Positions 41,247-55,740 of a stretch of 64,000 nucleotides of DNA are shown piece by piece. Made by a program: the position numbers and the translations under genes. The notes under the pieces were generated by a model that did not search any database, was not told where the DNA came from, and worked only from the letters and a program-made list of their open reading frames with translations. Origin of the DNA: Octopus vulgaris. Lineage: Eukaryota. The stretch covers positions 38,130,001-38,194,000 of the forward strand of contig OX597822.1 of the NCBI GenBank assembly GCA_951406725.2, given 5' to 3'. Position 1 is the stretch's first letter. Each line of letters starts with the position of its first letter.

Positions 41247-41817
41247 ATGTGTATATATATAACAAGAGAGAGAACTTAAGGAATGGAGATGCATTATCAA
41301 GTAATTATTTATCTTACACATGTTTTGTATAACCTGGCACAATCTAAGTACTGCACATTTCCATATACATATTTAATCGAAAACGCCATAGAGAAAGAAG
41401 AAGCATTCTGGCTTTAAAAAGAATAGAACAGCACCTGATTTCTCTTTCCCCCGGGCATTTTAGTCATTCAAACGGAGGATTTATTAAATATGTATATAGC
41501 AATGTGTAGCGCTTGAGTTGTTCCAGGATATTCGAAACGGGTGTAAGATAAATAAATCGTTGATAATGCACTGCCATTCTATAAGTTTCTTCTAGTATAC
41601 TCTGTGGTTAATACACAGAATTTAAGAGGTTTCGAAGTTGTTCCAGTCCCAAGAAATAAATAACAGTGTATATAAATTGCTGTGATAATAAATGGACAAT
41701 TTCGTTAACCTAGTTCGATTTCTACAGAGTGGTTAAAGAAGTATTCGCCTGTTTTTCATGGAATCTGTTTTCCTTCGTATATGTATACAAACATATATAT
41801 ATATATATGTATGTTTG

Positions 41818-41944
<127 letters not shown>

Positions 41945-42049
41945 ACAAGAAATGATCCAGAGGAACAGTTACAAGAAATGATCCAGAGGAACAGTCACAT
42001 AAGCGCCTAAGAAATTAGTAATCCTACTTGCGTGGGTGATAATTCCAAG

Positions 42050-43044
42050 GAGAAGTGAGACGAGTTTTGGAGTACATAAGAATAATGGAAATAGAGACAA
42101 ACACTCAAGATGTTATTTAGATCATTTATATCACCATATCACCGACATATGTTTCGATTGATGCATTAAAATAAATCCGAGAGGATGAATAATGTGGGAA
42201 AAGGCATCAATCCTATCAGGGAGGAGGTTATAAACAACAGTGGTCATCAATAAGTCATTTTTACAGATGTAAGAAAACTATAATATATAAAATATATGTA
42301 AAACAAAGGTGGGTAGGGAACGCTAGTAATTTTAAAATACCGTTAAGAAATTTGACGTCATAGGAAGAGAGAAAGAGAATTAAAGGAGTAATGGAGATAC
42401 AAATAGAAAGTGAATGACAGATAGATAGAAAAGAGGAAGGGAAGAATAAGAAGTATGGGATGAATAAAGTTTAAGTTTCAGATATTAGGTAAGGGGCAAA
42501 TATTATTTGAAATAGTTGAAGGTGTGTTTTTCCAATGTGAACACTCGTAAACACATTCTTTATGGCTGTTGACCGGTGTGTGCTTGGAAAAAAGGATACA
42601 TAGTCGTTCGTCTGTACAAAGAGAGCAGAAAGATTTCCCTTTATTATAGGGAAACGATCTTGACGAAATTTTCCAATTCAAAGAAAATTGTTTATTACAG
42701 TATTTCAGATGCCAAATCAGTTTACTAAGACCTGTAGTATTACGTTTATGAATATACTTAAATGTAGAAAGATGGGTGGCCAAATGTTTTTTTCTTTAAT
42801 TTCGTGGATGAAATGCCGATGTAAAAATATTCTTTAGATTTTGCAGAAACTTTACATTGATAAACAACGCTTATTGATGAGCACTGTTGTTTATAATCTC
42901 CTCCCTGATCAGATTGGTGCATTTTCCACATTATTCTTCCTCTTGGATTTATATTAATGCATCGATCGAAACATATGTTGGTGATATGGTGATATAATTG
43001 ATTTAAATAACATCTTGTATGTTTGTCTCCATTTTCCATTATTC

Positions 43045-43048
<4 letters not shown>
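42050..43048 (-). mobile_element. 5'-truncated Penelope-like element (Neptune-type GIY-YIG) with inverted pseudo-LTR
   Basis: VVYQCKV...YIGISSTKLK / H.STF...TGLSKLIWHLK...WKI...CSLCTDERLCI...CSH between about 42480 and 42870. 42073-42254 and 42870-43048 are inverted copies, each with a hammerhead-like motif. Confidence 0.85.
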
Positions 43049-43115
<67 letters not shown>

Positions 43116-43310
43116 GGTGTGTATGTATGTATGTATGTATGTATGTATATTTTATTGCTTACATGTTTCCTGTTTCGGTCATTGGACTACAAATGGATTC
43201 CAGTAATTATCTATTTTTAAGTCTGGTATTTTTTTTTGCCAGTCTCTTTTGCCGAGGCGATGTGTGTGTGTGTGTGTGTATGTTTATGAATGTATCTGTG
43301 TGTGTGCATT

Positions 43311-43368
<58 letters not shown>

Positions 43369-43374
43369 TGTATG

Positions 43375-43466
<92 letters not shown>

Positions 43467-43976
43467 CTAGCTGAATAGCCCGTCGTTGCCAGGCAATTTT
43501 TACAATAGAATGTCTTATATAAATTTTTGTTTATTCCATGTCAGACCATACTTTCCCCAACAGATAGGCCTCTTGATCAGGACAACTTCGTTGAGGGTTA
43601 TTTTTTTTTTTCCTTTTTAAATTATGTACATGTCTGTTCGACCGTTTCACATGACTTTATTCATTAAAACTTATTAAAACTTGAGAAGTTCTTACAACTT
43701 TAGTCGTCGTAATGCCCTTGCTTTCATTTGTTAAATAAAATTTTTTCCTCGTAATGATTTTGCTTTCATTTTATGATAGACCGTTATCATGCAGAAATTG
43801 CCAGCTTCCAATTCCTGTTTCCTGATTAGGTAAAACTGATTAAACTTTAAACTTCAATAACATTTTTCTACATTTTTTCTGGAACAAATAAATAATAAAA
43901 TCAGATTTAACATGGAAAATTATTTCAATATAAAAAATTTGAAAATTTCGACATAATTTTAAAATTAAAACGATAT

Positions 43977-44080
43977 GTGACAGCAACAGGGAAAACCCTA
44001 CAAAAGTAGAAAGACAGACAGTTATAGGACGTCAAACGTACACCCAGGTTATCACGAGTTTAAAATGGTATGTAGTAGAC

Positions 44081-44111
<31 letters not shown>

Positions 44112-44913
44112 TGTATGTATGTATGTATGTATGTATGTATGTATGTATGTATGTATGTATGTATGTATTTATGTATGCATGTATGTATGTATGTATGTAT
44201 GCATGTATGTATGTATATATGTGTGTATGTATGTATGAATGTATGTATGTATGTATGTAGGTATGTATGTATGTGTGTGTGTATGTATGTATGAATATAT
44301 ATATGTATGTATGTATTATGTATGTATGTATGTATGTAGGTAGGTATGTATGTATGTATGTGTGTATGTATGTATGAATGTATGTATGTGTGTATGTATG
44401 TATGTATGTATGTATGTATGTGTGCATGTATGTATGTATGTAGGTAGGTATGTATGTATGTGTGTATGTATGTATGAATGTATGTATGTGTGTATGTATG
44501 TATGTATGTATGTATGTATGTATGTGTGCATGTATGTATGAATGTATATATGTATGTATGTATGTATGTATGCATGTATGTATGTATATATGTAGGTATG
44601 TATGTATGTGTGTGTGTATGTATGAATATATATATGTATGTATGTATTATGTATGTATGTATGCATGTATCTATGTATGTATGTATGAATGTATATATGT
44701 ATGTATGTATATATGTATGTATGTATGAATTATGCATGTATGTATGTACGTACATACATACATACACATGTCTACTACATACCATTTTAAACTCGTGATA
44801 ACCTGTGTGTACGTTTGTAAATGTGTATGTGTATGTTTCAGTGTGTGTGTGTGTGTGACGTCCTATAACTGTCTGTCTCTCTACTTTTGTAGAGTCTTCC
44901 CTGTTGCTGTCAC
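43977..44913. repeat. About 110-bp inverted arms enclosing a roughly 650-bp (TATG)n array
   Basis: gtgacagcaacaggg...gtagtagacat versus atgtctactac...ccctgttgctgtcac. Confidence 0.8.
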
Positions 44914-45743
44914 TCATTGTGTTATATCCGTCACTTGTATAAGCTAAAGATGATGTGCAAAATCTGTATAAAATCATCCGGAAAATTATTTTATTTAATG
45001 TTAAGTGTAAGTATAAAATAGTGAGCTGGCAGAATCGATAGTAGGCTGGGGAAAATTCTTAGCGATATTTCGTCCGTCTTTAAGGTTTAATTTCAAACTC
45101 CACAGAGTTGGAATAAAATTAGCACCCATTGACCAATTTAAAATTGTATCAAAATTTTCAAATTTGGTATATTGAGATAATTTTCCATGTTAAATCCGAT
45201 TTTGTTATTTATTTGTTACAGAAATATATGTAGGTATGTGTGTGCGCATGTGTGTATGTGTGCGTGTGTGTCTGTGTGTGAGTGTTTATTTGCGAGGGAC
45301 AGTAAAAAGTCACCTACCTCCTCTCTCCTTAAAGCTATGTATTTCTCACACCACCTTTCTCTCCCTTCCTCGGCGTTTTAAAAGCTAGTTATGCGTATGT
45401 GCATGTGTGTATGTAATGTGTGTGTTTGTGTGTAATGTGTGTATGCATGTATCTGTGTATTTACGAAAGTATTAGGCAGCGACGCGCGTATAACCGTGAA
45501 TGACAGCTGTATTAACGTTATCATCCCACTGCCACTCAATATTTGTCGCATACACAACACTGTTCTCCCTTTCCATTATATCAGCCACATTCACTATGCC
45601 GCCACATTTCCCTCACACTAAGACTCTTCGCACCCTTCTCATTTTATGAAATAATAGGCAGCAAAGTGTTAACAGACAGATCGAAAGATAGAAATTGCCC
45701 ATTTTTGCATAAGAAAGGCATATATATTCACAAAAATGCATAA

Positions 45744-45955
45744 GCGCAGAAGTGGCAGTGTGGTAAGAAGCTTGCTTCCCAGCCACATGGTTCCGGGTTC
45801 AGTCCCACTGCGTGGGAACTTGGGCATGTGTCTTCTACTATAGCCTCAGAACTACCAAAATCTTGTGAGTGGATTTGGTAGGCGGAAACTGAAAAGAGCC
45901 TGTCGTATCGGATTTAACATCGCTGAAACAAGTAAAAGGAAAAAAGAATAAAAGA
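45744..45955 (+). mobile_element. SINE family A, internally deleted
   Basis: Head joined directly to tail. Confidence 0.75.
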
Positions 45956-46009
45956 ATTCATATATATACATATATACAAAGATATATATGAGTACATATA
46001 TATCTATAT

Positions 46010-46052
<43 letters not shown>

Positions 46053-46726
46053 CCTGCTCGCTTAGCCAGCGGGGTAGCGTCATTTGAAGGCTAAAACAAT
46101 GCGAAGCGCATTGTGACCAGCGATGTATAGCAACATCTGATAGTCTGGTCGGTCACGGTGATCACGGTGATATATATATATATACACATACATATATATA
46201 TATATACTTGCATCTATGAATATATGTGTGTGTGCGTGTGCGCACGTGTGTATGTATATATTTATATATCAGAAGCCAAGGCAGGTGTGTGTGTGAGAGA
46301 GAGAGAGAAAATGCATAAGGAATAATACCTACAAGCACTTCGAAGTCTGATAAGCCAACAGTACATCACAATTTGATTGATTACAGAAAACATTGTCAGA
46401 TAATATGGCTCTGCAGAGCTGTCATATTTTCTCTATCCACTTACAAAAACGCGTCATGTATTCATATCTTCAATACCATGTCTAAAAATAACTTGTGAAA
46501 TATGCTCCGACTGAAGCTTTAGAGCTGAAAAATAAATCAATGTTTCGGAGTACATGTCTTTCACAGTAGACAATCTACATAGCAAGTAAAATGTTACATG
46601 CATACGCACATACACATTCACACTAACATACATACATATATAAATACATATCGCCATGTTGATTCACTAGCTTCTGCACGCATTTTTTTTCTCTCCTTGT
46701 TTCTCTCCGTGTTTCTTTTCTGTGTA

Positions 46727-46764
46727 TCTTTCTGTTGAAGAGCGTAGGCTCGAAACGTAAAAGA
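46727..46764 (+). ncRNA. Hammerhead-like motif with U at core position 6
   Basis: ucuuu CUGUUGA a gagc guag gcuc GAAA cg UA aaaga; relatives at 28385-28420 and 23575-23609. Confidence 0.6.
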
Positions 46765-46979
46765 CTTGTTTTATTTATATTCCTGAGCGCCATACTAATA
46801 CAATGGTTTGTTTGTATTCCACCTGCCTTCGTCTTTTGTTTATTTTCATAAAGCTTCCCGTTATATAAATAGATATACATATATAGATACATTCATGCAT
46901 ATCAGGAAAATATGCAGGTTATACATGATGTATTTACATACACACATACATGTATATATACATACAAACATACATAATA

Positions 46980-48242
46980 TCAGGTCATCCCATAAGTTCT
47001 GTCCGAATTTTGAATAAAGAAAACAAGAGATCAAATGTTATATTTAATTGAAATTTAATCATCAATGTACTTTCCCTGATTATCTATGACTTCCTTCTAT
47101 CTATTTACAAGCTTTTAATCCCATCAATGTAAAACTCTTTTGGTTTCAAAGCGAAGGTTCGACCTCCTCCTGACTTGCGAAAGTTATGTCACCCAAATGA
47201 TTCTGTAAACTACGAAACAAATGGTAGTCTGAAGGAGCAAGGTCGGGAGAATAAGGTGGATGAGGAATTTTTTCCAACCAAGCTCTTCGATCTTTTGTGA
47301 TGTGATCTTTGCAGTGCAGGGTCGCGCATTGTCCTTGATGAAACATTACTCCTTTTCGATTCACTAAAGCGGATCTTTTTTTCTTCAAAGCTTGGTTCAA
47401 ACGCTCTAATTGCTCACAGTAGACTTAAGCATTGATTGTTGCATTAGATGGTAACAATTCAAAGTGAATTACTCCTTTGCAATCCCACCAGATAGAGAGA
47501 AGAACCTTTTCCCTATGAAGTTCCCTTCTCGGTTGTGGTTGAGCTTTTTTACCAAGCCACTGTTTACGACGTTTAACATTTCGATAGAAGATCCATTTTT
47601 TGTCACCAATCACAAGTCTATCCAAAAAGGGTGAAATAAATTCTCGAGAATGGAGAAAAGGGCAGATGTCAGCTCGGGATTTTCGGTTGCTTTCGGACAG
47701 TTCAGGAGGCACCCATTTTCCAAGTTTAGGAACCTTTCCAAGTTGATGATGATGGCGATGAATAGTTGTATGGTTTGAACTAAGCTTTATTGCCAATTCT
47801 TCAACTGATAATGCAGGATTTTCTTCAAGTAATGCTTCAAGGAGCTTATCATCAAACTCAACTGGACGTCCTGTTCGATCTTCATCTTCAAGGCTGAAAT
47901 TTCCACTTTTGAATTTTGCAAACCACCTTCTGCAAGTTCTTCCATTCAAGCATTCTTTCCCATAAACTGATTGTATGTTTCGAGTCGCTTCGACTGCAGG
48001 GTTTCCTTTTTTTGTTCTCATAAAGCCTTATGTGCCTTAAATGCTCTTTGGATACTTCCATGTAAGAAAAGGTTTTAATCAAATAAATTTTAATTCTATT
48101 ATTCTGTAAAATATTTAATTAGTTTAAATGTACACAAATGCATAAAAATAATTTTTAATTTCATTAGACATTCAAAAACACTATTAAATTTCATTCAATT
48201 TTAAAAAAGGTAAAATCGGACAGAACTTATGGGACGACCAGA
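46980..48242 (-). mobile_element. Full-length decayed mariner (Tc1/mariner DD34D type) transposon
   Basis: About 30-bp TIRs (tcaggtcatcccataagttctgtccga / tcggacagaacttatgggacgaccaga), TA on both sides, 1263 bp. Confidence 0.93.
47055..48061 (-). pseudogene. Mariner transposase, frameshifted and stop-interrupted
   Basis: MEVSKEHLRHI..., WFAKFKSGNFSLED, WVPPEL, IGDKKW, YSPDLAPSDYHLF and GKYIDD* are spread over several frames. Confidence 0.92.
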
Positions 48243-48640
48243 TACATACACAAGCAAAAACATATACACGTATAAATACATTTAAAACAATACATACATG
48301 CATACCAGAAAAACATGTTATACATGATGTATGTACAAGCATATATATGTGTGTGTGTGTGTGTGCATGTATATGCATGCATACGCACCTACATAGATAC
48401 ATACATACATGCATACATACTTACGTACATACATACATACCATATGTTACATATATATTATATCATATCTTGATACCGTGTGGACTAAGATCCCCGTTAA
48501 CAGCCCGCTGGCATTTATAGAGTGTTAAACACTTTCGATATGCAAATTAGCGACTCCTTCATAGAGTAACTGCTGCGTTTGTTGAGTATATAAACAATTT
48601 GGCAGCTTTTTCTCTGGAGACTGTCCGAATAATATCTATT

Positions 48641-48681
48641 CCTCTGATGAGAACCCAATAAAGTTTGAAAATCGATTAAGG
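48641..48681 (+). ncRNA. Minimal type I hammerhead ribozyme motif
   Basis: ccu CUGAUGA gaac ccaauaaa guuu GAAA aucgau UA agg. A decayed paralog lies at 13959-13999 (stem II gaauc/gauuc, GAAA mutated). Confidence 0.72.
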
Positions 48682-48744
48682 CTGTTCATCATTTTTTCAG
48701 TCTGTGGAGAAATGGCTAAAATTTGCCCATTCTTTTCTTTATTC

Positions 48745-49622
48745 TTTTCTCTTATTTGTTTCAGTCATTTGACTGCGGCCATGTTGGAGCACCGCCTTTC
48801 GTCGAGCAAATCGACCCCAGGACTTATTCTTTGTAAGCCTAGTACTTATTCTATCGGTTCTCTTACCGAACCGCTAAGTTACGAGGATGTAAACACACCA
48901 GCATCAGTTGACAAGCAATTTGGGGGGGAACAAACACAGACATAATATATGTGTGTGTGTGTGTGTGTGTGTACGACGGGCTTCTTTCAGTTTCCGCCTA
49001 CCAAATCCTCTCAATGCTTTGGTCGACCCGAGGCTATAGTAGAAGACACCTACCCAAGGTGCCACGCAGTGGGAGTGAACCCGGTACCATGTGGTTGGTA
49101 AGCAAGCTACTTACCACACACTGAGTATGGAGAGACGCATGCCTGGCGGTGAATACTCCAACATCAATGTCACAACTAGCAGTCATAACTGGTTGTTCTG
49201 ATCTCATAGATTGAAGAAACCATTTCTCCGAGATCGTAGCGATCGTCTCAAACCTGAATTCCTCACAATAGATTCGGTAAGAAGAACATGACAGGAGACT
49301 GTACGCGAGTGCATCGGCGACGACGAAAAGGTGGAACTGAAGAAAAAAAACATTGGGAAAATGTGAAACAGACTGTGTGTGTGCGCATACGTATGTGTGT
49401 TTGTGTGTGTGCTTGTGTCTGTTTTTGTGCCCCACCACCGCTTGACAACCAGTGTTGGTGGATTTACGTCCCCGTAACTTAACGGTTCGGTAAAAGACAC
49501 CGATAGAATAAGTACTAGGCTTTAAAAATTAAGTACAGGGGCCGATTCATTCGACTAGAGTTTCCTTATGGCGGTGCTCCAGCTTGGCCACAGTCTAATG
49601 ACTAAAACAAGGAAAAGATAAA
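48745..49622. mobile_element. Two oppositely oriented SINE family A copies (48745-49120 minus; about 49385-49622 plus 3' half)
   Basis: Matches to the family A sequence, separated by about 220 bp of unique DNA. Confidence 0.75.
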
Positions 49623-49728
49623 ACATAAACGATAATGACTTACGCAATGGCCAAAAGAAAGATTCCTCTTAGAAGCTATGCGAACACAATGAAAATATAC
49701 TGGGATGGATTTCACTGCGAGCAAAAAT

Positions 49729-50251
49729 ATTCTGTTCTACTCTAGGCACAAGACCCGAAATTTGGGGGAGGGGGAGGGCAATCGATTAGATCGATCCCAG
49801 TACACAACTGGTATTTAATTTATCGACCCCGAAAAGATGAAAGGCAAGGTCGACCTCAGTAGAATTTGAACTCAGAACGTAAAGACAGACGAAATACTGC
49901 TAAGTATTTCACCCCGTGTGCTAACGATTCTGTTCTACTCTAGGCACAAGGCCCGAATTTTTTGTGGAGGGGGTCAGTCGATTTGATCGACCCAAGTATG
50001 CAACTGGTACTTAATTTATTGACCTCGAAAGGATGAAAGACAAAGTCGACCTCAGTAGAATTTGAACTCAGAACGTAAAGACAGACGAAATACTGCTAAG
50101 CTTTTCAACCCGTGTGCTAACGATTCTGTTCTACTCTAGGTACAAGGCCCGAAATTTTTGTGGAGGGGGCCAGTCGATTAGATCGACCCCAGTACGCAAC
50201 TGTTACTTAATTTAGCAACTCCGAAAGGATGGCAGGCAATGTCGACCTCGG
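49729..50251 (-). mobile_element. SINE family B tandem array (about 195-bp unit, x3)
   Basis: ttctgttctactctaggcacaag repeated at about 49730, 49928 and 50124. Confidence 0.85.
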
Positions 50252-50659
50252 CATCCTCTGTAACAACTAACCAGAATCCAATTTATACCATGTTACATCG
50301 CTATAAGGCTGACCATATATATCTAACTGCCGATGATTATAGCACCAGCCACGATAATGAGTATATTCCGAGCTGGCAGAGCGAAGAATATAAACAACTG
50401 GAATGTATTCTTAAGGAAATATTTCAAGAAAAGACTATTTTGCTTTTAAAAAAGTCCCGATACAAGATAACCATATTTGTCAAATATTCATAAGAGACCC
50501 ACGGAGTCATGAACCGTCGTTTTGGCAAATAAACGCCTGTTTGTATTCCCTTTCTACAAATGTTAAGTAATGACTTGAAAATACAAAGGCAAACTCGAAG
50601 TAAACAAAAACAAAACAATAAAAAATACATTATGAATTCGGAAAAAAAGACCTGAGAAA

Positions 50660-52815
50660 AATATTTTATCCACGGAAGACTATGTTTTGTAACGATAGCT
50701 ATGAAATGAATACAAATAAATAATTATACTTCTCAACAAGAAAATTTAAAATAAAATGAAAAAATGTTTGGAGTTAAAAAACAGAACACTTGAATATAAA
50801 TTGATTATTCTCAAGTAGAAGTTAAAAGCTACCAGGAAGAAACTCCATAACTAGAAGAGAGGAGCTGAAAGGAAAATAATTAACAAGAAATTCAGACGAA
50901 ATCAAAGAACAGAGAGGGTTGAAGGGGGCAGTCAATAAAGATTTCAGAAACCTCTCAGGAATATACAGTCTCATTCTGGACAAAAATCTGGAGTGATACA
51001 AAAGAATTTGACCAGGATACAGTAGTTGAGAGAAGTATCGTTCTTGTTTTACATCATTTTCTTACAGTATAAATGATAATGTTCTTTAGATTCTGCAAGA
51101 AAGCTTTCAAAATAGGAAAGCACCAAGAAGAGACTTCATTCTTGGCTACCGGTACAATAAATGTGATCGATTGGAAGTAGCTTATTGACGTCTACTAGTA
51201 AACTCCCAATAGGAAATTAAATTTTCCAAACCGGCTGGGTACGGCAGGAACATGTCTATCAGAAAACTAAATCGCTCACACAACGAAGAACTATCAGCCA
51301 ATTGCATGCCAGAATTAAATGTATAAAAAGTATAGAACCTGCTTGAAGATATTCCGTATCATTATAACCGAACAAGTAGCCGGGAAGGAATGTCTTTTGG
51401 GAATGAGCTTACCAAATTCCAGTCAACATAACTAGGGAAATCAGAGGTATGAGATAGGTTATAAAGAATTTGTTTTAAAATAAGTATTCGTTTTTTGTTC
51501 CGCTCTCGTGAATACTAGAGTCTCTTCGACTTCTTAAAGTTTCAGAGTCGGCCTTCTTTCGATTTGATTCACCATTCTGAGGTTAAAAACAAGAAGTAAT
51601 TGTATTACCTTTTATAAATATATGGCAGGGCATATTTGAAGGAGACAGTCTTTATCTGTGTTGTTGTCTGAACTTGCATTAAATCCTTATTTTTGAGGAA
51701 ATCTGAAAGGTACATCATTGACACACAGGAGCCGAGAAACACATGCGTAGCACAGCTTCTTTGGGAACGACCTGGAATTATCTGCCAAGTATATAAATGG
51801 TTTGAAGAAAAGTTGGCTTTGACCTGGTAACAATATACTCAAGGAGTATAGGAATGAAATTTGACCCAGATAAATGTTCCATCTGATACTGAGAGCAAAT
51901 CTAAAGCCAACCAAGAAGCAACTCGAACAATGGCTTGACTCCATACAAACAAGATGAGGACAAATATCCGTCGAATCTAAATAATTTAAATAATGGCTTG
52001 ACTATTCTTCCAACATCTGACCAAGAAGAGTAGAGTTACTTATGGAATAAGAAACTTGTAACCCAGGAATATAACTCCCGGATTAAAATATGAGTCCCAA
52101 AGCTCTCTATATACAATAAAATCAGTGACTACAACGTGATACTTGTATCATTATTCGTATTCTATTATTCTTTTATTCTTTTATTTGTTTCAGTCATTTG
52201 ACTGCGGCCATGTTGGAGCACCACCTTTAGTCGAGCAAATCGACCCCAGGACTTATTCTTTGTAAGCCTGGTCCTGCTTCTTTCAGTTTCCGACTACCAA
52301 ATTCACTCAGAAAGCTTTGGTCGCCCCGAGGATATAGAAGAAGACATTTGCCCAAGGTGCCACGCAGTTTGACTGAACCCAGAACCATGTGGTTGGAAAG
52401 CAAGCTACTTACCACACAGCCACTCCTGCGCCTCGTATGTGGACTATTCAATTGCACATGAAATTCAGATTATCTACAGTTATATAAATCACCTTTACCA
52501 AAAACAGAAGCTTAACGTCTATTCTAAAAACGGAAGATAGTGGGGCGATTAACTGGTTGTAGAGTCCAGACCAAATGGAATGTTCAACCGTGTCTCGCTG
52601 ACAAGGTTGAAAAAGCGTTGCCGCGGAAAATGGCCAATGACACTTGTTGCAACAGCCACCCACCCCACGGACTAGAAACGTTTGGAGAACTTGGATGCCT
52701 CACCATCAATCTTGAGAAACTGGGTTTCACAAACACCAAAAAGAACACGGTTATTTGAAACTACAAGTCTTTAATGGAACTGTGAAAAACTATATAAAAC
52801 GTTCCAGAAGTTTAA
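50660..52815 (+). mobile_element. Highly decayed RLE-clade (R4/Dong-like) LINE, RT to C-terminus, interrupted by a SINE
   Basis: Remnants NYQPIACQN (NYRPITCL), GIFEGDSL (GIFQGDSL) at about 51629 and FFGNDLELSAK (YMDDLKLYAK) at about 51757; many stops. Confidence 0.6.
52168..52433 (-). mobile_element. SINE family A, internally deleted
   Basis: Reverse-complement match. Confidence 0.8.
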
Positions 52816-52894
52816 GTAGTATACGCATTAAAATATATCCATACTGGCTTATAGACGTACAGACATAAAAATATGTACATACACATATACTTTT

Positions 52895-53278
52895 CTACAT
52901 TAGGAACAAAGTCAGAAATTTATGGGGTGGGGGCAGTCCATTTGATCGAATCCAGTACGCAACTAGTACTAAATTTATTGACTCCGAAAGAATGAAAGGC
53001 AATATCGACCTCGGCGGAATTTGAACTCAGAACGTAAAGACAGACGAAATACCAATTTCTTTACTGCCCACAAGGGGCTAAACACAGAGAGGACAAACAA
53101 GGACAGACAAACGGATTAAGGCGATTATATCGACCCTAGTGCTTAACTAGTACTTATTTAATCGACCCCGAAAGGATGAAAGGCAAAGTCGACCTCGGCG
53201 GAATTTGAACTCAGCACGTAGCGCCAGACGAAATACCGATAAGCATTTCGCCTGGCGTTTCTGCCAACTCGCCGCCTT
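52895..53278 (-). mobile_element. SINE family B dimer
   Basis: Two core copies. Confidence 0.8.
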
Positions 53279-53556
53279 CGTATACACACATCTAGACATA
53301 GAAATATGTGTGCACACATATAAGGGACAAAACATTCAGAACTATACATGGAATGACACATACATACATACATACATACATACATAACAACCTAGCTGAT
53401 GTCTAAATTTCAGTGAAAGAGTCTTTTTTCTGAATTTGAAATTGACTCTTTCTGTTTTGCTGAGGAATTTTAAAAATAAAACTAGAACACACATACTTGT
53501 ACACATTCATGCACACATACACAGACACACACACACACACATGTATATATACATGC

Positions 53557-53606
<50 letters not shown>

Positions 53607-53723
53607 ATATATATATGCATACATGCATACATACATACATACATACATACATACATACATACATGCATGCATACATACATGCATACATACATACATACAT
53701 ACATACATACATACATACATACA

Positions 53724-53755
<32 letters not shown>

Positions 53756-54114
53756 AATACGACAATTATACCTTCCAGTTAAAATAGTGGAAGTACTTTC
53801 CTAAAAAGAAGAGTGAAGATCTACAACGAGCGTCGCTGAGTTTGTTATGCACATCAAAGGAGGCAGCTCCTTTAATTTTATTTTGATATTGTTTTTGTTT
53901 CTTGCAAGTTTCATAGACCAGAAATGAAACGTTGAAAACTGTTGTGTTTTCAATTTTTGAAAAATGTTTGATTTTATACGCACACGCACGCGCGCTTATA
54001 TGTATAAAATAGAACGTGTGTATGTCTGTGTCTATGTATATGTATATATGTATATATGTATATATGTATATATGTATATATGTATATATGTATATATATA
54101 TAGAGAGAGAGAGT

Positions 54115-54160
<46 letters not shown>

Positions 54161-54262
54161 GTCAAATATATTTATATATTCATGTATATATATATATATA
54201 TATATATACACTCATACACACGTGTGTACGTCTGTGTACGTGTGTGTACATATATATGTGTG

Positions 54263-54303
<41 letters not shown>

Positions 54304-54729
54304 GCACACACATATATATACACACACACACATGTGTACGTGTGTGTGCGTGTGTGTATGTGTGTGTGGGTGTGCGTTCAGAAATAAATTGAAAAGTGTT
54401 TTTGGTTAGATTCAATACATTCTAAACAACCACATTCACATACTCCCTTACACTCATTCGCACACACATACACACTCGCATGCGTGCACATAGACCTCGA
54501 GAGACAAAGAGAAAGGGAAAAAGACAGAGAGAAAGACATACAGACATGCATACTGACACACAGACAAACAGAGGAGAAACAGACAGACAAACATACCGTA
54601 CACATGAGTATATGCATACATATACAATGCAGTAGTGTATGTATCAGCGATAGGTCAATGCTTATATACATATACACGCATGTTTGTAATTTATTTCTAC
54701 TTTTCTATTGATTAACATTATAGACAGGA

Positions 54730-54874
<145 letters not shown>

Positions 54875-55209
54875 CAGATATAGATATATATCATTTAATA
54901 AACACAATGTATGTTTTTATGTGCTACTATTAGTTTTATGTGCTGAGAACATGCCAAACATTGTTTTATAACGTCATGTTTCAGCAAATGAAACTAATAG
55001 TAACACATAAAACATGTTTATCTCACCAGATGGAGTACTTTTTGTTGATCTTACTATCCATAAACAGCCTTACCCGGACTTGTGCCTCGGAGAGTTACTT
55101 TCTAGGTGCAATCCCATGGTCATTCGTGACCGAAGGGGGTCTCCGCATACATACACACACACACACACACATGTATATAGGAGAATAAAGCAAAACGGAT
55201 GTGTGTGTC

Positions 55210-55690
55210 TTTTATCTTTTACTTGTTTCACTACTGCAGCCATGCTGGAGCACTGCCTCGAAGAATTTTATTCGCACGAATCAATCCCCAGTCCTTTTGC
55301 TTTTCTTTGTAGAGTCTAGTACTTATTTTATTATTCTCTTTTGCTGAACCGTTAGGTTACGGGGATGTAAGCATACCAACACTGACTGTCAAGCGTGATG
55401 GGGGTGACATACAAATACACTCGCGCGCACACACACAGACACACAGACACACACACACACACATACATACATCATACACACACACACAAACATATTCATC
55501 ACACACGCACACACAAACACATACGACGGGATTCTTTCAGTTTCTGTCTACCACCTACCAAATCCACTCACAATTCATTAGATGGCCCAAGACTATAGTT
55601 GAAGACAGTTACCAAAGATGTCACGTAGTGGGACTGAACTCGGACCCATACGGTTTGGAAGCAAACTTCTTACCACATAGCCACGCCTGC
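55210..55690 (-). mobile_element. SINE family A (diverged)
   Basis: Reverse-complement match. Confidence 0.7.
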
Positions 55691-55694
55691 ACAT

Positions 55695-55740
<46 letters not shown>

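Noticed and set aside
44060-44977. 305-aa HTYI-repeat ORF
   Set aside because: Translation of the (TATG)n microsatellite.
49124-49340. Unique CpG-containing stretch as a possible last exon
   Set aside because: No polypyrimidine acceptor, only short frames and no recognisable motif.
49729-50251. Regularly spaced repeats suggesting a CRISPR-like array
   Set aside because: Whole SINE units in tandem, no unique spacers, eukaryotic context.
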